Shown in pieces: positions 1 through 9,205 of a DNA stretch of 64,000 nucleotides. The notes below the pieces were generated by a model that made no database searches, was not told the DNA's origin, and worked only from the letters and a program-made list of their open reading frames with translations. The position numbers and the translations under genes are program-made. Within the stretch, counting starts at the first letter, position 1. Each line of letters opens with the position of its first letter. This stretch comes from Geopsychrobacteraceae bacterium. Lineage in GTDB: Bacteria > Desulfobacterota > Desulfuromonadia > Desulfuromonadales > Geopsychrobacteraceae. The stretch lies in the NCBI GenBank assembly GCA_963676795.2, contig CAXXTB010000001.1, positions 1,216,001-1,280,000 on the forward strand, read 5' to 3'.

Positions 1-45
1 TGGTACCGGCAACTGTCCGTCCGCTCGCTTTACCGCTAAACCGCT

Positions 46-396
46 ATGCTGTCTATTCCGGTGAGTATGGTAGCAAGGGCGCAAATGTCAGCCTCGGTAC
101 AGCGGGTTTATCCTGTCATCGACCGCTGTCTGCGGCAGTGGCAGAGTGATCTCCTGGTTGTCCCCCTCACAGAGAGACTGGCGTTCTGCTACCGGGATAG
201 TTTGCTGTTTCTGTCACCGCAACGAGCGCTTTTGCTCTTTCAGAAAATCCATGGGCCCGTTCAGGACGAACGCCTCTGGTCTCTGCTGCTGGACGAGTCG
301 GCTCGTCAGCGTCGGGTTTTATTCCGGCTGCTGATCTGTTTGTTGATTGTCGCCCTGGGAATTTATTGGGGACTGTCATTTTTTGCCGGGGCATAA
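46..396 (+). CDS. Hypothetical protein with C-terminal transmembrane helix (start could be 85)
   Basis: 116-aa ORF with a hydrophobic C-terminus (LLICLLIVALGIYWGLSFF); no recognised motif. Confidence 0.5.
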   Translation: MLSIPVSMVARAQMSASVQRVYPVIDRCLRQWQSDLLVVPLTERLAFCYRDSLLFLSPQRALLLFQKIHGPVQDERLWSLLLDESARQRRVLFRLLICLLIVALGIYWGLSFFAGA

Positions 397-564
397 CTTC
401 TGGCAAGAGCCGGTTTTTGAAAAATATTCAAGTCTGGATTTATAAAAAAATCGGGGGTAGACTCGCCCCCTTTTCGAGAGATTGTTACGGACATTGGACA
501 GGATCTTAGTCAATGACAGGAATACGGGGCTTGCGATTTTTGCCCCGCGAGCGGAGGAAACAGG

Positions 565-1578
565 ATGTTCGACATCGGCAGTGCAAAGGTAAAGAAGGTT
601 ATCGTTCATCAGGTTGGCAACAAGCTGAATGAAGACGGGGTCTCCATATCGACGGCTGAGAGTCCGCGCAGTGAAGCGCTGGATGAGCTGCTGCTGAGCA
701 GCTTTCTCGCTCCGGTCATGCGCCGCGGGCAGCAGTATCACCTTTTTCATGAATCGGACATCAACCTGAACCTGGTTCATCATTACTCTTCGATGATCTT
801 TGACGATGCCGATGCCTTTCTTTCCAGCAGCGAAGCGATCGCCCGCCATCTCTACAGCGCATCGACCCATCCGAATATCGGTGGCGGCGAGTTCCTGGTG
901 ATTCTGTTTGACGGGATTGAGGGGGATGACGGTCCGCTGCAGGCCCTTGGCCTGTTTCGGGTCGAAAGCCGCAGCAACTATCTCGATGTCAGCGATGAGC
1001 AGGGAGCGATCCGCGTTGACGAGCGGATCGGGGTGCCGCTCGAGAAGGTGCAGAAGGGCGCTGTAGTTCTGGCCGACAGCTCCAAGGTCTTTGTTGTCGA
1101 TAACCTGGGGCAGAAGACCAAGTACTGGATGGATGATTTCCTCAAGGCTTCGGTCAGCGAAACGCCGAAGGTCTGTGCCAAGGCAGCGGGGGCGCTGCTC
1201 AAGGCGATCTCCGGCCAGGTTGATAATCCGGCCGACGCCCTTGCCTTCGGCCGTCAGCTTGAGGAACAGCTGGCCGAGGCCGATGAGCTGACCGTCGGTG
1301 GAATCCGTGACCTGTCCGGCCAGTATATCTCCGAGGACGATATCAACCTGCTGCTCGAAAGCGCCAGTGCGCAGCACGGTATTCCACTGAACGACGATAT
1401 GAAGGTCGAGAGCAAGAAGCTGACCCGTTATGCCAAGGATGTGGTCACCAAGGCGCGCATCGCCGAAGGGGTCAGCCTGCTGATCTCCGATGCTGGGACC
1501 AAGATCCGTTCCATCGATGTGACCCAGACCGATTCAGGTTTTCAGGCGGTGGTTGATATCAAAGTTGGCGGCGACTGA
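565..1578 (+). CDS. Nucleoid-associated protein, NA37/YejK-like family
   Basis: GGAGG RBS; motifs IVHQVGNK, IARHLYSASTHPNIGGGEF, KVQKGAVV and YWMDDFLK are typical of this family. Confidence 0.75.
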   Translation: MFDIGSAKVKKVIVHQVGNKLNEDGVSISTAESPRSEALDELLLSSFLAPVMRRGQQYHLFHESDINLNLVHHYSSMIFDDADAFLSSSEAIARHLYSASTHPNIGGGEFLVILFDGIEGDDGPLQALGLFRVESRSNYLDVSDEQGAIRVDERIGVPLEKVQKGAVVLADSSKVFVVDNLGQKTKYWMDDFLKASVSETPKVCAKAAGALLKAISGQVDNPADALAFGRQLEEQLAEADELTVGGIRDLSGQYISEDDINLLLESASAQHGIPLNDDMKVESKKLTRYAKDVVTKARIAEGVSLLISDAGTKIRSIDVTQTDSGFQAVVDIKVGGD

Positions 1579-1597
1579 CGTTTGTTTCAATGAATTG

Positions 1598-2019
1598 AAA
1601 CACCAAAGGTGTTTCTGCGGTTCTGCCCGTTGATGGGCTTGCCCATCTTGGGGCGCTTTGTCAGTTGCTGGTTTGAAGCTACGGAAGAGACGCAGAATCA
1701 CTTCCGACATATTAAAAGAGCGTTTTTTGCCTACTTTTTGAAGCTCTGGTCAAAAAGTAGGGCGGCGTTCGGGGCCGCGACCCCGAGGTGTTGATTTTGA
1801 GATTTTCTGAATTCGGCAGGCAAAACCGCCGGTTCTCGCACCGGCAGGCGACACCCTTTTCTTTGGTCGCAAAAGAAAAGGGTGCAAAAGAAACTCTCTG
1901 AAAACACTGACGTAAATTTCTCAGGATCTTTTCGTAGTCTTTGGGCTGCAACTCTCTACAGGCTCAGACGAGGCGCTTAGCGCCTCGATTCGCGCAATCG
2001 CAAAGCCGGTTCCCGGCTT
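1598..2019. repeat. Inverted doublet of a ~185-bp multi-hairpin repeat unit (REP/BIME/MITE-like), locus 1
   Basis: Unit U1 (+, 1618-1800) and unit U2 (-, ~2000-1810); aligns by eye to the reverse complement of 18577-18983; hairpins at 1632-1647, 1731-1760, 1769-1786, 1828-1845, 1852-1884, 1969-1987, 2003-2019. Confidence 0.85.
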
Positions 2020-2042
2020 GGATGCATGGAACAATCTCTTCT

Positions 2043-2435
2043 TTAAATCACACTGGTTTCGAATTTCGGAGGACTGCTCAGTGCTTTTTTGACCGAACAC
2101 TGCTCCGCAGCACGGACCAGGGCTTTTCTGTATTTGTCCGGAAATCCCTGCGGGGCGGTGATCTCCATCTTGACTTTTTTCAGATACTTGGTCTCCGGAT
2201 CGCGCTCGATATCGAGGCCGAGCGCCAGTCCTTGCGTCGAGATATTCCGCTCCTGGCAGAAACGCAGGACGTAGACACCGGCGCAGCTGGCGATCGAGGT
2301 GAGGAAGAAATCGTATGGGGCTGGCGCTTTGTTGGTGCCGCCGTCAGAGACGGGCTGGTCGGTCAGGATATCGAATTCGCCGATACGGGCCTGAACCTGG
2401 GCACCTTGGGGAAAGCTGATTTCAACTAAAGCCAT
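2043..2435 (-). CDS. OsmC/Ohr family protein
   Basis: TDQP..GG...P.PYD.FL.SIASC and AEQCSVKK (two conserved Cys); AGGAGG RBS. Confidence 0.85.
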   Translation of the reverse strand: MALVEISFPQGAQVQARIGEFDILTDQPVSDGGTNKAPAPYDFFLTSIASCAGVYVLRFCQERNISTQGLALGLDIERDPETKYLKKVKMEITAPQGFPDKYRKALVRAAEQCSVKKALSSPPKFETSVI

Positions 2436-2555
2436 ATTTTCGCCTCCTAGACAGGAAAATGTCTTAGCCTTCAGTTTACTCTGGTTGAGATTGGAAAATC
2501 CACCTTCCGGGGGGGGGGCGAGCCTTGCGGATGGGGAGGCCCTGCTTGAGTTGGG

Positions 2556-4595
2556 CTATTCGCCGAACAGCTGGCTCATGTTGCTGAAGAAGTTACTCGC
2601 GCTCAAAGCTTCCTGCTCCGGTGTGCTGGCCACAGGTTTCTCCCGCCCCGGAACATGCAGCCGATCCTTGGGGATCTCACTTAAAAAACGACTCGGTTCG
2701 CGCTGTTCCAGCTTGCCGTATTTGCGTCTGTGTCGCGCCCCGAGCAGAATCAGCTGTTTCTGGGCCCGGGTGATACCGACGTAGCAGAGGCGCCGTTCCT
2801 CGTCGATATCGAAGGTTTCGTAGATCGATTTCTTGTGCGGCAGAAACCCTTCTTCCATGCCGACCAGGAAGACTACCGGAAACTCCAGGCCCTTGCTCGA
2901 ATGAAGGCTCATCAGGGTGACGGCATTGCGGTCGAGCTTGCTCTCCTTGTCGTTCTTGCCCGGCCGGTCGTCGTCCGAGAGGGAGATGCGTTCGACAAAA
3001 CCGGTCAGGCTCGGGTATTCGCTGCGTTCCAGATAGTAAGCCAGACTGTTGACGATCTCCTCCTGGTTGTCGACCCGCCGTTTGGCAACGATCGGATCCT
3101 TCTCCTGACGGTAGATCTCCTCGGCCAGTTTGGCCTCGGCGAGAAACGCCTTGAGGGTCTCAACCATCGGCAACGACTTGCTGAACAGCTGGCTGTAACG
3201 GCGGATCAGGTCGGTGAACTCAAGCATGGCGGCTTGAGTCTTTTCATTGATCTCGCCGACCTCTTCCGGGTGGTGAAGCAGCTTCCACAGCGGAATGTTG
3301 TGTTCGGCCGAATAGCGGATCATCCGGTCGATGGTGCTTTCGCCGATTCCCCGTTTCGGGTAATTGAGGATACGTAGCAGGTTGACCTCGTCGTTCGGGT
3401 TGACCATAACCTTGAGGTAGGAGATGACGTCCTTGACCTCCTTGCGTTCAAAAAACTGCTGGCCGCCGATCAGGACGAAAGGGATATCCTCGTAGTTCAG
3501 TTGCTCCTCGTAGGAACGCGACTGGGTGTTGGTCCGGTAGAGGATGGCGAAGTCGCCGTAGCTGAAGTTGCCGCGCGCCATCTCGGTATGAATCCGCTCC
3601 ATGACCATGCGCGCTTCGTCCTCGCTGTCTTCGCAGAGCAGGTATTCGACGGCGGCCCCGTCGCCGTAGGCGGTCCACAGCGCCTTGTCGCGGCGCTTGC
3701 GGTTCTGTTTGATGACCGCGTTGGCGCAGGCGAGGATATTGCCGCTCGAGCGATAGTTCTGCTCCAGCTTGATGACCTTGGAGTTGGGGAAATCCTTCTC
3801 GAAATCGAGGATGTTGCTGACATCGGCGCCGCGGAAGGCGTAGATCGACTGGTCGTCATCGCCGACGACGCAGAGATTACCGTGCCCGCCTGCCAGCAGC
3901 TGCAGCAGGCGGTACTGGACCGGGTTGGTGTCCTGGTATTCGTCGACCATCTGGAACTGGAAGCGCTGGCGGTAATGTTCCAGCAGGTCGGGGTTCTCGT
4001 CGAACAGGCGTACGCCGAAGACCAGCAGGTCATCGAAGTCGACAGCGTTGAAGGCCTTGAGCGCCTGCTGGTAGCGTGGGTAGATATGCGCCGCGACCAG
4101 CGAGAAGGGATCGCGTTCGCTCCCCTTGTACTGCTCCGGCAGCAGGCACTGGTTCTTCGCCGAGCTGATTCGCCAGAGCACCTCATCAGCATCCTTGGTG
4201 CTGCTCTCCGCGCTGAGTTCGCGCAGCAGGTCTCGGATCAGGCGCTGCTGATCGCTGGCCGGGTAGATGGAGAAATTCTTCTTGAAGCCGAGCCGGTCGA
4301 TATGATTTTTCAGCAGACGGACGCAGAGGGCGTGAAAGGTCGCAACCACCATCCCCTTGCAGGCAGCCTTGCCGACCATCTCCTGAACCCGCTCGCTCAT
4401 CTCTTTGGCTGCTTTATTGGTGAAGGTCACCGCCAAAATCTGTTCCGCCGGGACTCCGGATTCAAGCAGATGGGCAATCCGGCAGGTGATGACCCGGGTC
4501 TTGCCGGAGCCCGCTCCGGCGAGCAGCAGCAGGGGGCCTTCCCGGTGGATAACAGCTTCTCTTTGCTGTGGATTGAGGCTATTGAGGTCAAACAT
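2556..4595 (-). CDS. SF1A ATP-dependent DNA helicase (UvrD/PcrA/Rep family)
   Basis: LNPQQ, AGAGSGKT, VTFTNKAA, VDEYQDTN, GDDDQSIYAFRGA, LEQNYRS, HSSKGLEF and EERRLCYVGITRA motifs. Confidence 0.97.
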   Translation of the reverse strand: MFDLNSLNPQQREAVIHREGPLLLLAGAGSGKTRVITCRIAHLLESGVPAEQILAVTFTNKAAKEMSERVQEMVGKAACKGMVVATFHALCVRLLKNHIDRLGFKKNFSIYPASDQQRLIRDLLRELSAESSTKDADEVLWRISSAKNQCLLPEQYKGSERDPFSLVAAHIYPRYQQALKAFNAVDFDDLLVFGVRLFDENPDLLEHYRQRFQFQMVDEYQDTNPVQYRLLQLLAGGHGNLCVVGDDDQSIYAFRGADVSNILDFEKDFPNSKVIKLEQNYRSSGNILACANAVIKQNRKRRDKALWTAYGDGAAVEYLLCEDSEDEARMVMERIHTEMARGNFSYGDFAILYRTNTQSRSYEEQLNYEDIPFVLIGGQQFFERKEVKDVISYLKVMVNPNDEVNLLRILNYPKRGIGESTIDRMIRYSAEHNIPLWKLLHHPEEVGEINEKTQAAMLEFTDLIRRYSQLFSKSLPMVETLKAFLAEAKLAEEIYRQEKDPIVAKRRVDNQEEIVNSLAYYLERSEYPSLTGFVERISLSDDDRPGKNDKESKLDRNAVTLMSLHSSKGLEFPVVFLVGMEEGFLPHKKSIYETFDIDEERRLCYVGITRAQKQLILLGARHRRKYGKLEQREPSRFLSEIPKDRLHVPGREKPVASTPEQEALSASNFFSNMSQLFGE

Positions 4596-5011
4596 AGAAA
4601 GCTTCTGAAAATCGGTATCTTAAGGCTTTGGGTTGGGTACGTTCAAACAGCAGGCAGGGTAGCATGAAACAGGCGTGGGTGTAAAATTCATTAGCTATGA
4701 AAAAGCTGTTGATTCGCAATATTGAGTCTGCTAGATTCCGCCCTATGTTTAAATTAATTGTAATCCTTGTCAGCATCGTTTGGGCCTCGTTACTTCTGAT
4801 TTCCTGGAGTGGAGCAACCCCGGCACCTCAGTCGGCGGACGCGAACTCAGAAGTTGTCAGTCCCCTGTAACTGAACGGAATTTTTCTTCCGTTCAGCATT
4901 CCCGCTTTTATAGAAGTGGGGCGTGCGTCTTTTTGTACCCATCTTTCTTTTCAATGTTCAGTTTTTCTAAATAAAATCAGGTGTTTAGATTTTTTCTGCG
5001 AGGCGGTTTCA

Positions 5012-5929
5012 CTAGCTCTGATAATACAGCCCCTGGTATGAGCCGCGCCGTTCGAGTTCGTCGTCGATGGCGTTGAGCACTTCCCATTTGTTCAGCGACC
5101 AGGCCGGGGCGAGCAACAGGTCGCGCGGGCCGTCGCCGGTCAGGCGCTGGATGATGGTCGTCGGCGGCAGCAGTTCGATGAAGTCGACAACCTGTTCGAC
5201 GTACTCCTCCATGCTCAACATGCTGATCTCTCCCGCTTTAAACATCTCGCCCATGCGGGTCCCTTCGAGGATATGCAGCAGGTGCAGTTTGATGCCGTCG
5301 ACCTTGAGGCGGGCCATCTCGCGGGCGGTGGCCAGGGTGTCCTCGCGGCTCTCACCCGGCAGGCCGAGAATGACATGGACGCAGATCTTCAGGTCGCGCT
5401 GCTTGGCGCGTTGGTAGGCGTCGAGAAAACAGGCGTAATCGTGGCCGCGGTTGAGAAACTGCAGCGACTTGTTATGGACACTCTGCAGGCCGATCTCCAG
5501 CCAGAAGTAGGTCTTGCGGTGATAGTCGGCGAGCAGGTCCAAAACCTCATCCGGCAGGCAGTCGGGGCGGGTACCAACGGCCAGGCCGACAACATCCTCA
5601 ACGGCCATGGCCTGATCGTAGTAATCGCGCAGGACATGAACCGGGGCGTAGGTGTTGGAGAACGGCTGAAAGTAGGGGATGAACCACTTCGCCCGGTACT
5701 TGCGACGCATCAGCTCCTTGGCCTTCTCGATCTGCACCGGGATCGGGCCGCTGCGGTCGATACCGACCGCCCCTGAGCCGTTCGGGTCGCAGAAGATGCA
5801 GCCGTTGGCCGAGCGTCCCCCTTCCCGGTTGGGACAGCCGAAACCGGCATCGACAGAGATCTTGTGGACACGGCCGCCGAAGGTCTGTTTCAGATGGGTC
5901 GAATAGAGATTGAAAGCTTTCTTACGCAT
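5012..5929 (-). CDS. TIGR01212-type radical SAM protein (YhcC/YtqA-like)
   Basis: KISVDAGFGCPNR, GCIFC, YFQ.FSNTY, GTRPDC, HVILGLPGE and RLTGD motifs. Confidence 0.93.
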   Translation of the reverse strand: MRKKAFNLYSTHLKQTFGGRVHKISVDAGFGCPNREGGRSANGCIFCDPNGSGAVGIDRSGPIPVQIEKAKELMRRKYRAKWFIPYFQPFSNTYAPVHVLRDYYDQAMAVEDVVGLAVGTRPDCLPDEVLDLLADYHRKTYFWLEIGLQSVHNKSLQFLNRGHDYACFLDAYQRAKQRDLKICVHVILGLPGESREDTLATAREMARLKVDGIKLHLLHILEGTRMGEMFKAGEISMLSMEEYVEQVVDFIELLPPTTIIQRLTGDGPRDLLLAPAWSLNKWEVLNAIDDELERRGSYQGLYYQS

Positions 5930-6096
5930 GGGCGGCACTATGCCGTAAAGCTCCCTCAAGAGCAAGTCTGATAACGTCTCCAGTCACTCTTTTTCCTTCA
6001 AAATTCAGCTTATAAGTCTGCTTTGCGCTAAAATTCAATAAGGAACTCATCAATATCGCTTTGTTTCGCTCTATTGGGGCGGGAAAGGCAGCCAGG

Positions 6097-6825
6097 ATGA
6101 CGACTTTCCGGGGAGAGAAGTCCGGGCCGGCATTTCTGATCGAAAACCTGAGGAAGGTTTACGGCAGCGGCCCTGCGGCCGTTCATGCCCTGCGCGGGGT
6201 GGATCTGGAGATTCCGGCGGGGGAACTGGTGGTCCTGCTCGGACCGTCTGGCAGCGGCAAATCGACCCTGCTGAATATCATGGGCGGGCTCGATCGGGGC
6301 ACATCAGGTCAGCTGTGGTTCCGTGATCAGGAACTGAGCGCCATGACGGACAGCCAGCTGACCCTCTACCGCCGTGAACATGTCGGCTTTGTCTTCCAGT
6401 TTTACAACCTGATGCCGAGTCTGACCGCACGGGAGAACGTCGAACTGGTCACTGAGATTGCCCGTTCTCCCATGGCGGCCGACAAGGCTCTCGACCTGGT
6501 CGGGCTCCTGGGGCGGGCCGATCATTTTCCGGCCCAGCTCTCCGGCGGGGAACAACAGCGTGTTGCCATCGCCCGCGCTGTTGCCAAACAGCCCAGGGTG
6601 TTGTTCTGCGATGAGCCGACCGGCGCTCTCGACAGTGCCACCGGGCGGGTGGTGCTGAAGGCTCTTAAACAGATCAACGAAGAACTTGGAACGACGTTGC
6701 TGATCGTCACCCACGCCGGGGCGACAGCGGCGATGGCAGACCGGGTGATCAATTTTGCCGATGGAGCGATCAGCAAGGTGGTCGTCAACCCGGTCCGTCT
6801 CGATCCCGAAGCGATCGAATGGTGA
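6097..6825 (+). CDS. ABC transporter ATP-binding protein (LolD/MacB-like)
   Basis: Walker [41 protein letters not shown]. Confidence 0.95.
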   Translation: MTTFRGEKSGPAFLIENLRKVYGSGPAAVHALRGVDLEIPAGELVVLLGPSGSGKSTLLNIMGGLDRGTSGQLWFRDQELSAMTDSQLTLYRREHVGFVFQFYNLMPSLTARENVELVTEIARSPMAADKALDLVGLLGRADHFPAQLSGGEQQRVAIARAVAKQPRVLFCDEPTGALDSATGRVVLKALKQINEELGTTLLIVTHAGATAAMADRVINFADGAISKVVVNPVRLDPEAIEW

Positions 6826-6830
6826 TGCCT

Positions 6831-9194
6831 ATGAATGCCCTGAACCGAAAACTGTTGCGGGATCTGTGGCGAATCAGGGGGCAGGCCTGCGCTATTGCTG
6901 CCGTGATCGGGGTCGGTGTGCTGCTGTTGGTCATGATGTCGGGGCTGGTGACTTCGCTCGATGAGACGCGGCGGGCCTATTACCAGCAATACCGGTTTGC
7001 CGATCTTTTTGCCCCGGTCAAGCGGGCGCCGAATCTTTTGCTCGAGCGGCTCGCCGCTATCCCCGGGGTAACCAGGGTGGATGGGCGGGTGGTCGGTCGT
7101 GCCCTTGTCGATCTGCCGGGCAGTGATGTGCCGTTCCAGGCCCGGGCGCTCTCGCGGCCGGTCGCGGGCGGGACGCCGCTCAACGATCTCTGTCTGACCG
7201 CCGGGCGTTTTCAGTTGAGCGATCAGGCCGGTGAAATCCTGCTGCTCGACAGTTTCGCCGCCGCTCACCAGCTTACTCCCGGCGACAGCCTGCTGGTGAC
7301 CATGAACGGTGTCCGCCAGCGCCTGTCGATTGTCGGTCTGGCCAGGGCCCCTGAGTTCCTTTATGCGACGGCTCCCGGTGAATTGATGTCGGACGCTTCG
7401 CGCTATGCCGTGATCTGGGCAAGCCGATCGCTGATGGAAGCGGTCTACGATATGGATGGCGCCTTCAATGAAGCCTTGGTCGCGTTTGGTGTCCAGGCCC
7501 GCAAGGCGGAAATTGTCAGGGCCGTCGATCGGCTGCTCGAACCCTACGGCGGCCTTGGGGCCTATGGCCGTGCAGAGCACAGTTCCAACCGTTTCATCAG
7601 TGATGAGATCGACGGCCTGCGGGCGACCAGCCGCTCTGTGCCGCCGATCTTCCTGGCCGTAGCGGCTTTTCTGCTCTATATCGTCGTATCGCGCATTGTC
7701 CAGGCCGAACGGGAACAGATCGGTCTGCTCAAGGCCTTCGGTTATACCGATCTGGAGGTCGGACTGCATTATTTCAGAATGATTCTCAGTATCGCCATTG
7801 TCGGCGCGCTGTTTGGTTGTCTGGCCGGCATCGCCGCCGGACGGGCGCTGATCCATCTCTATCTCGAATATTTCAAGTTTCCTTTTCTGCTCTTTCAGCT
7901 CAATCCCGGTTCCTTTATCACTGCGGTTCTGGTCAGTGTCGGAGCGGCCTCGGCCGGCGGGCTACTGATTCTGCGGCGCGTTTTTTTGCTGGCTCCGGCT
8001 GCGGCGATGCGGCCACCGGCCCCCACCGATTACAGCCGCCTGGGGGGCTTCGGCAGACGGCTTGCTGCCATCCTTGATCAGCCCTGTCGTATGGTCCTGC
8101 GCCGTTTCCTGCGTCAGCCGGTGCGCATGCTGGGTGCCATTGTCGGAATCGCGGCGGGGATGGCACTAGCCGTGGCAATGGCCGGTATCCTGGCCGGTTT
8201 TGAGCGGATGCTGGCACTTAATTTCGATGTCATTGACCGCAGTGATGTGACGGTCAGTTTCAGCGAGCCCCTGTCCGGGCGCGCGCTCTATGAGTTGCAG
8301 AGTCTCTCCGGTGTGATCAAAGCTGAACCGCTGCGCACTGTTCCCGTGGTGTTTCGCCATGGGCTGAACAGCTACCGAGGCGCGATCACGGCCTTGGCGT
8401 CCGGAGCGCAGCTGAACCGGGCGGTGGATAAGGATATGACCAGCATCAGGCTGCCGCAGCAGGGGCTGGTGCTGGCCCGGCCATTGGCCGAGATCCTGGC
8501 GGCCAGGCCCGGCGACCTGGTGGGGGTCGAGGTCCGGGAAGGGCGGCGGGAGCAGCTGCAGATTCCGGTCGCCGCAGTGGCTGAGACCCTGCTGGGGGCG
8601 CCGGCATTTATGGATCTCAGGGCGATCAGTCGGGCCCTCGGCGAAGCGGAGCGGATCTCCGCTGCACACCTGCGGATCGATTCCGCCCGCAGCGGGGAGA
8701 TCTACAACAGGTTGAAGAGAATGCCGGCCGTGGTCGGGGTCTCGCTGAAGCGCGATGCCCGTGCCGCATTGCAAAAGCAGATGGATAGCAGTACCGGGGC
8801 GACGCGCTTTATCATGGCAGCGATCGCCGCGGTTATCGCTTTCGGTGTTGTCTACAGTGCGGCCCGGATCGCATACGCGGAACAGGCACACGACCTGGCC
8901 GTGCTCAGGGTGGTCGGCTTCAGCAGGGGAGAGACTACCTTTGTGTTGCTCGGTGAACTGGCGCTGGTGGTGGTGCTGGCCCTGCCGGTCGGAGCGCTGC
9001 TGGGCTATCACCTCACCGCTGTGATTGCCGCTGCATACAGTACCGACCTCTACCAGATCCCGCTCTACTTCTCCCCGGCAAGTTATGCAACGGCGGCTCT
9101 TGTCATTCTGGCTTCTGCCGTCTTTTCCGGCTGGCTGGTTCAGCGCGACATGGAAAACGTTGACCTTGTCTCAGCCCTGAAAACCTCGGAATAG
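6831..9194 (+). CDS. ABC transporter permease (duplicated MacB_PCD/FtsX type)
   Basis: LNRKLLRDLWR N-terminus; two repeats of TM segment plus periplasmic domain; EREQIGLLKAFG and LAVLRVVGFS motifs. Confidence 0.92.
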   Translation: MNALNRKLLRDLWRIRGQACAIAAVIGVGVLLLVMMSGLVTSLDETRRAYYQQYRFADLFAPVKRAPNLLLERLAAIPGVTRVDGRVVGRALVDLPGSDVPFQARALSRPVAGGTPLNDLCLTAGRFQLSDQAGEILLLDSFAAAHQLTPGDSLLVTMNGVRQRLSIVGLARAPEFLYATAPGELMSDASRYAVIWASRSLMEAVYDMDGAFNEALVAFGVQARKAEIVRAVDRLLEPYGGLGAYGRAEHSSNRFISDEIDGLRATSRSVPPIFLAVAAFLLYIVVSRIVQAEREQIGLLKAFGYTDLEVGLHYFRMILSIAIVGALFGCLAGIAAGRALIHLYLEYFKFPFLLFQLNPGSFITAVLVSVGAASAGGLLILRRVFLLAPAAAMRPPAPTDYSRLGGFGRRLAAILDQPCRMVLRRFLRQPVRMLGAIVGIAAGMALAVAMAGILAGFERMLALNFDVIDRSDVTVSFSEPLSGRALYELQSLSGVIKAEPLRTVPVVFRHGLNSYRGAITALASGAQLNRAVDKDMTSIRLPQQGLVLARPLAEILAARPGDLVGVEVREGRREQLQIPVAAVAETLLGAPAFMDLRAISRALGEAERISAAHLRIDSARSGEIYNRLKRMPAVVGVSLKRDARAALQKQMDSSTGATRFIMAAIAAVIAFGVVYSAARIAYAEQAHDLAVLRVVGFSRGETTFVLLGELALVVVLALPVGALLGYHLTAVIAAAYSTDLYQIPLYFSPASYATAALVILASAVFSGWLVQRDMENVDLVSALKTSE

Positions 9195-9205
9195 GAACGC
9201 AAGTT

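Noticed and set aside
1618..2000. Repeat doublets as a CRISPR array or integron attC sites
   Set aside because: No regularly spaced identical direct repeats, no cas or intI genes, and no GTTRRRY/RYYYAAC boundaries
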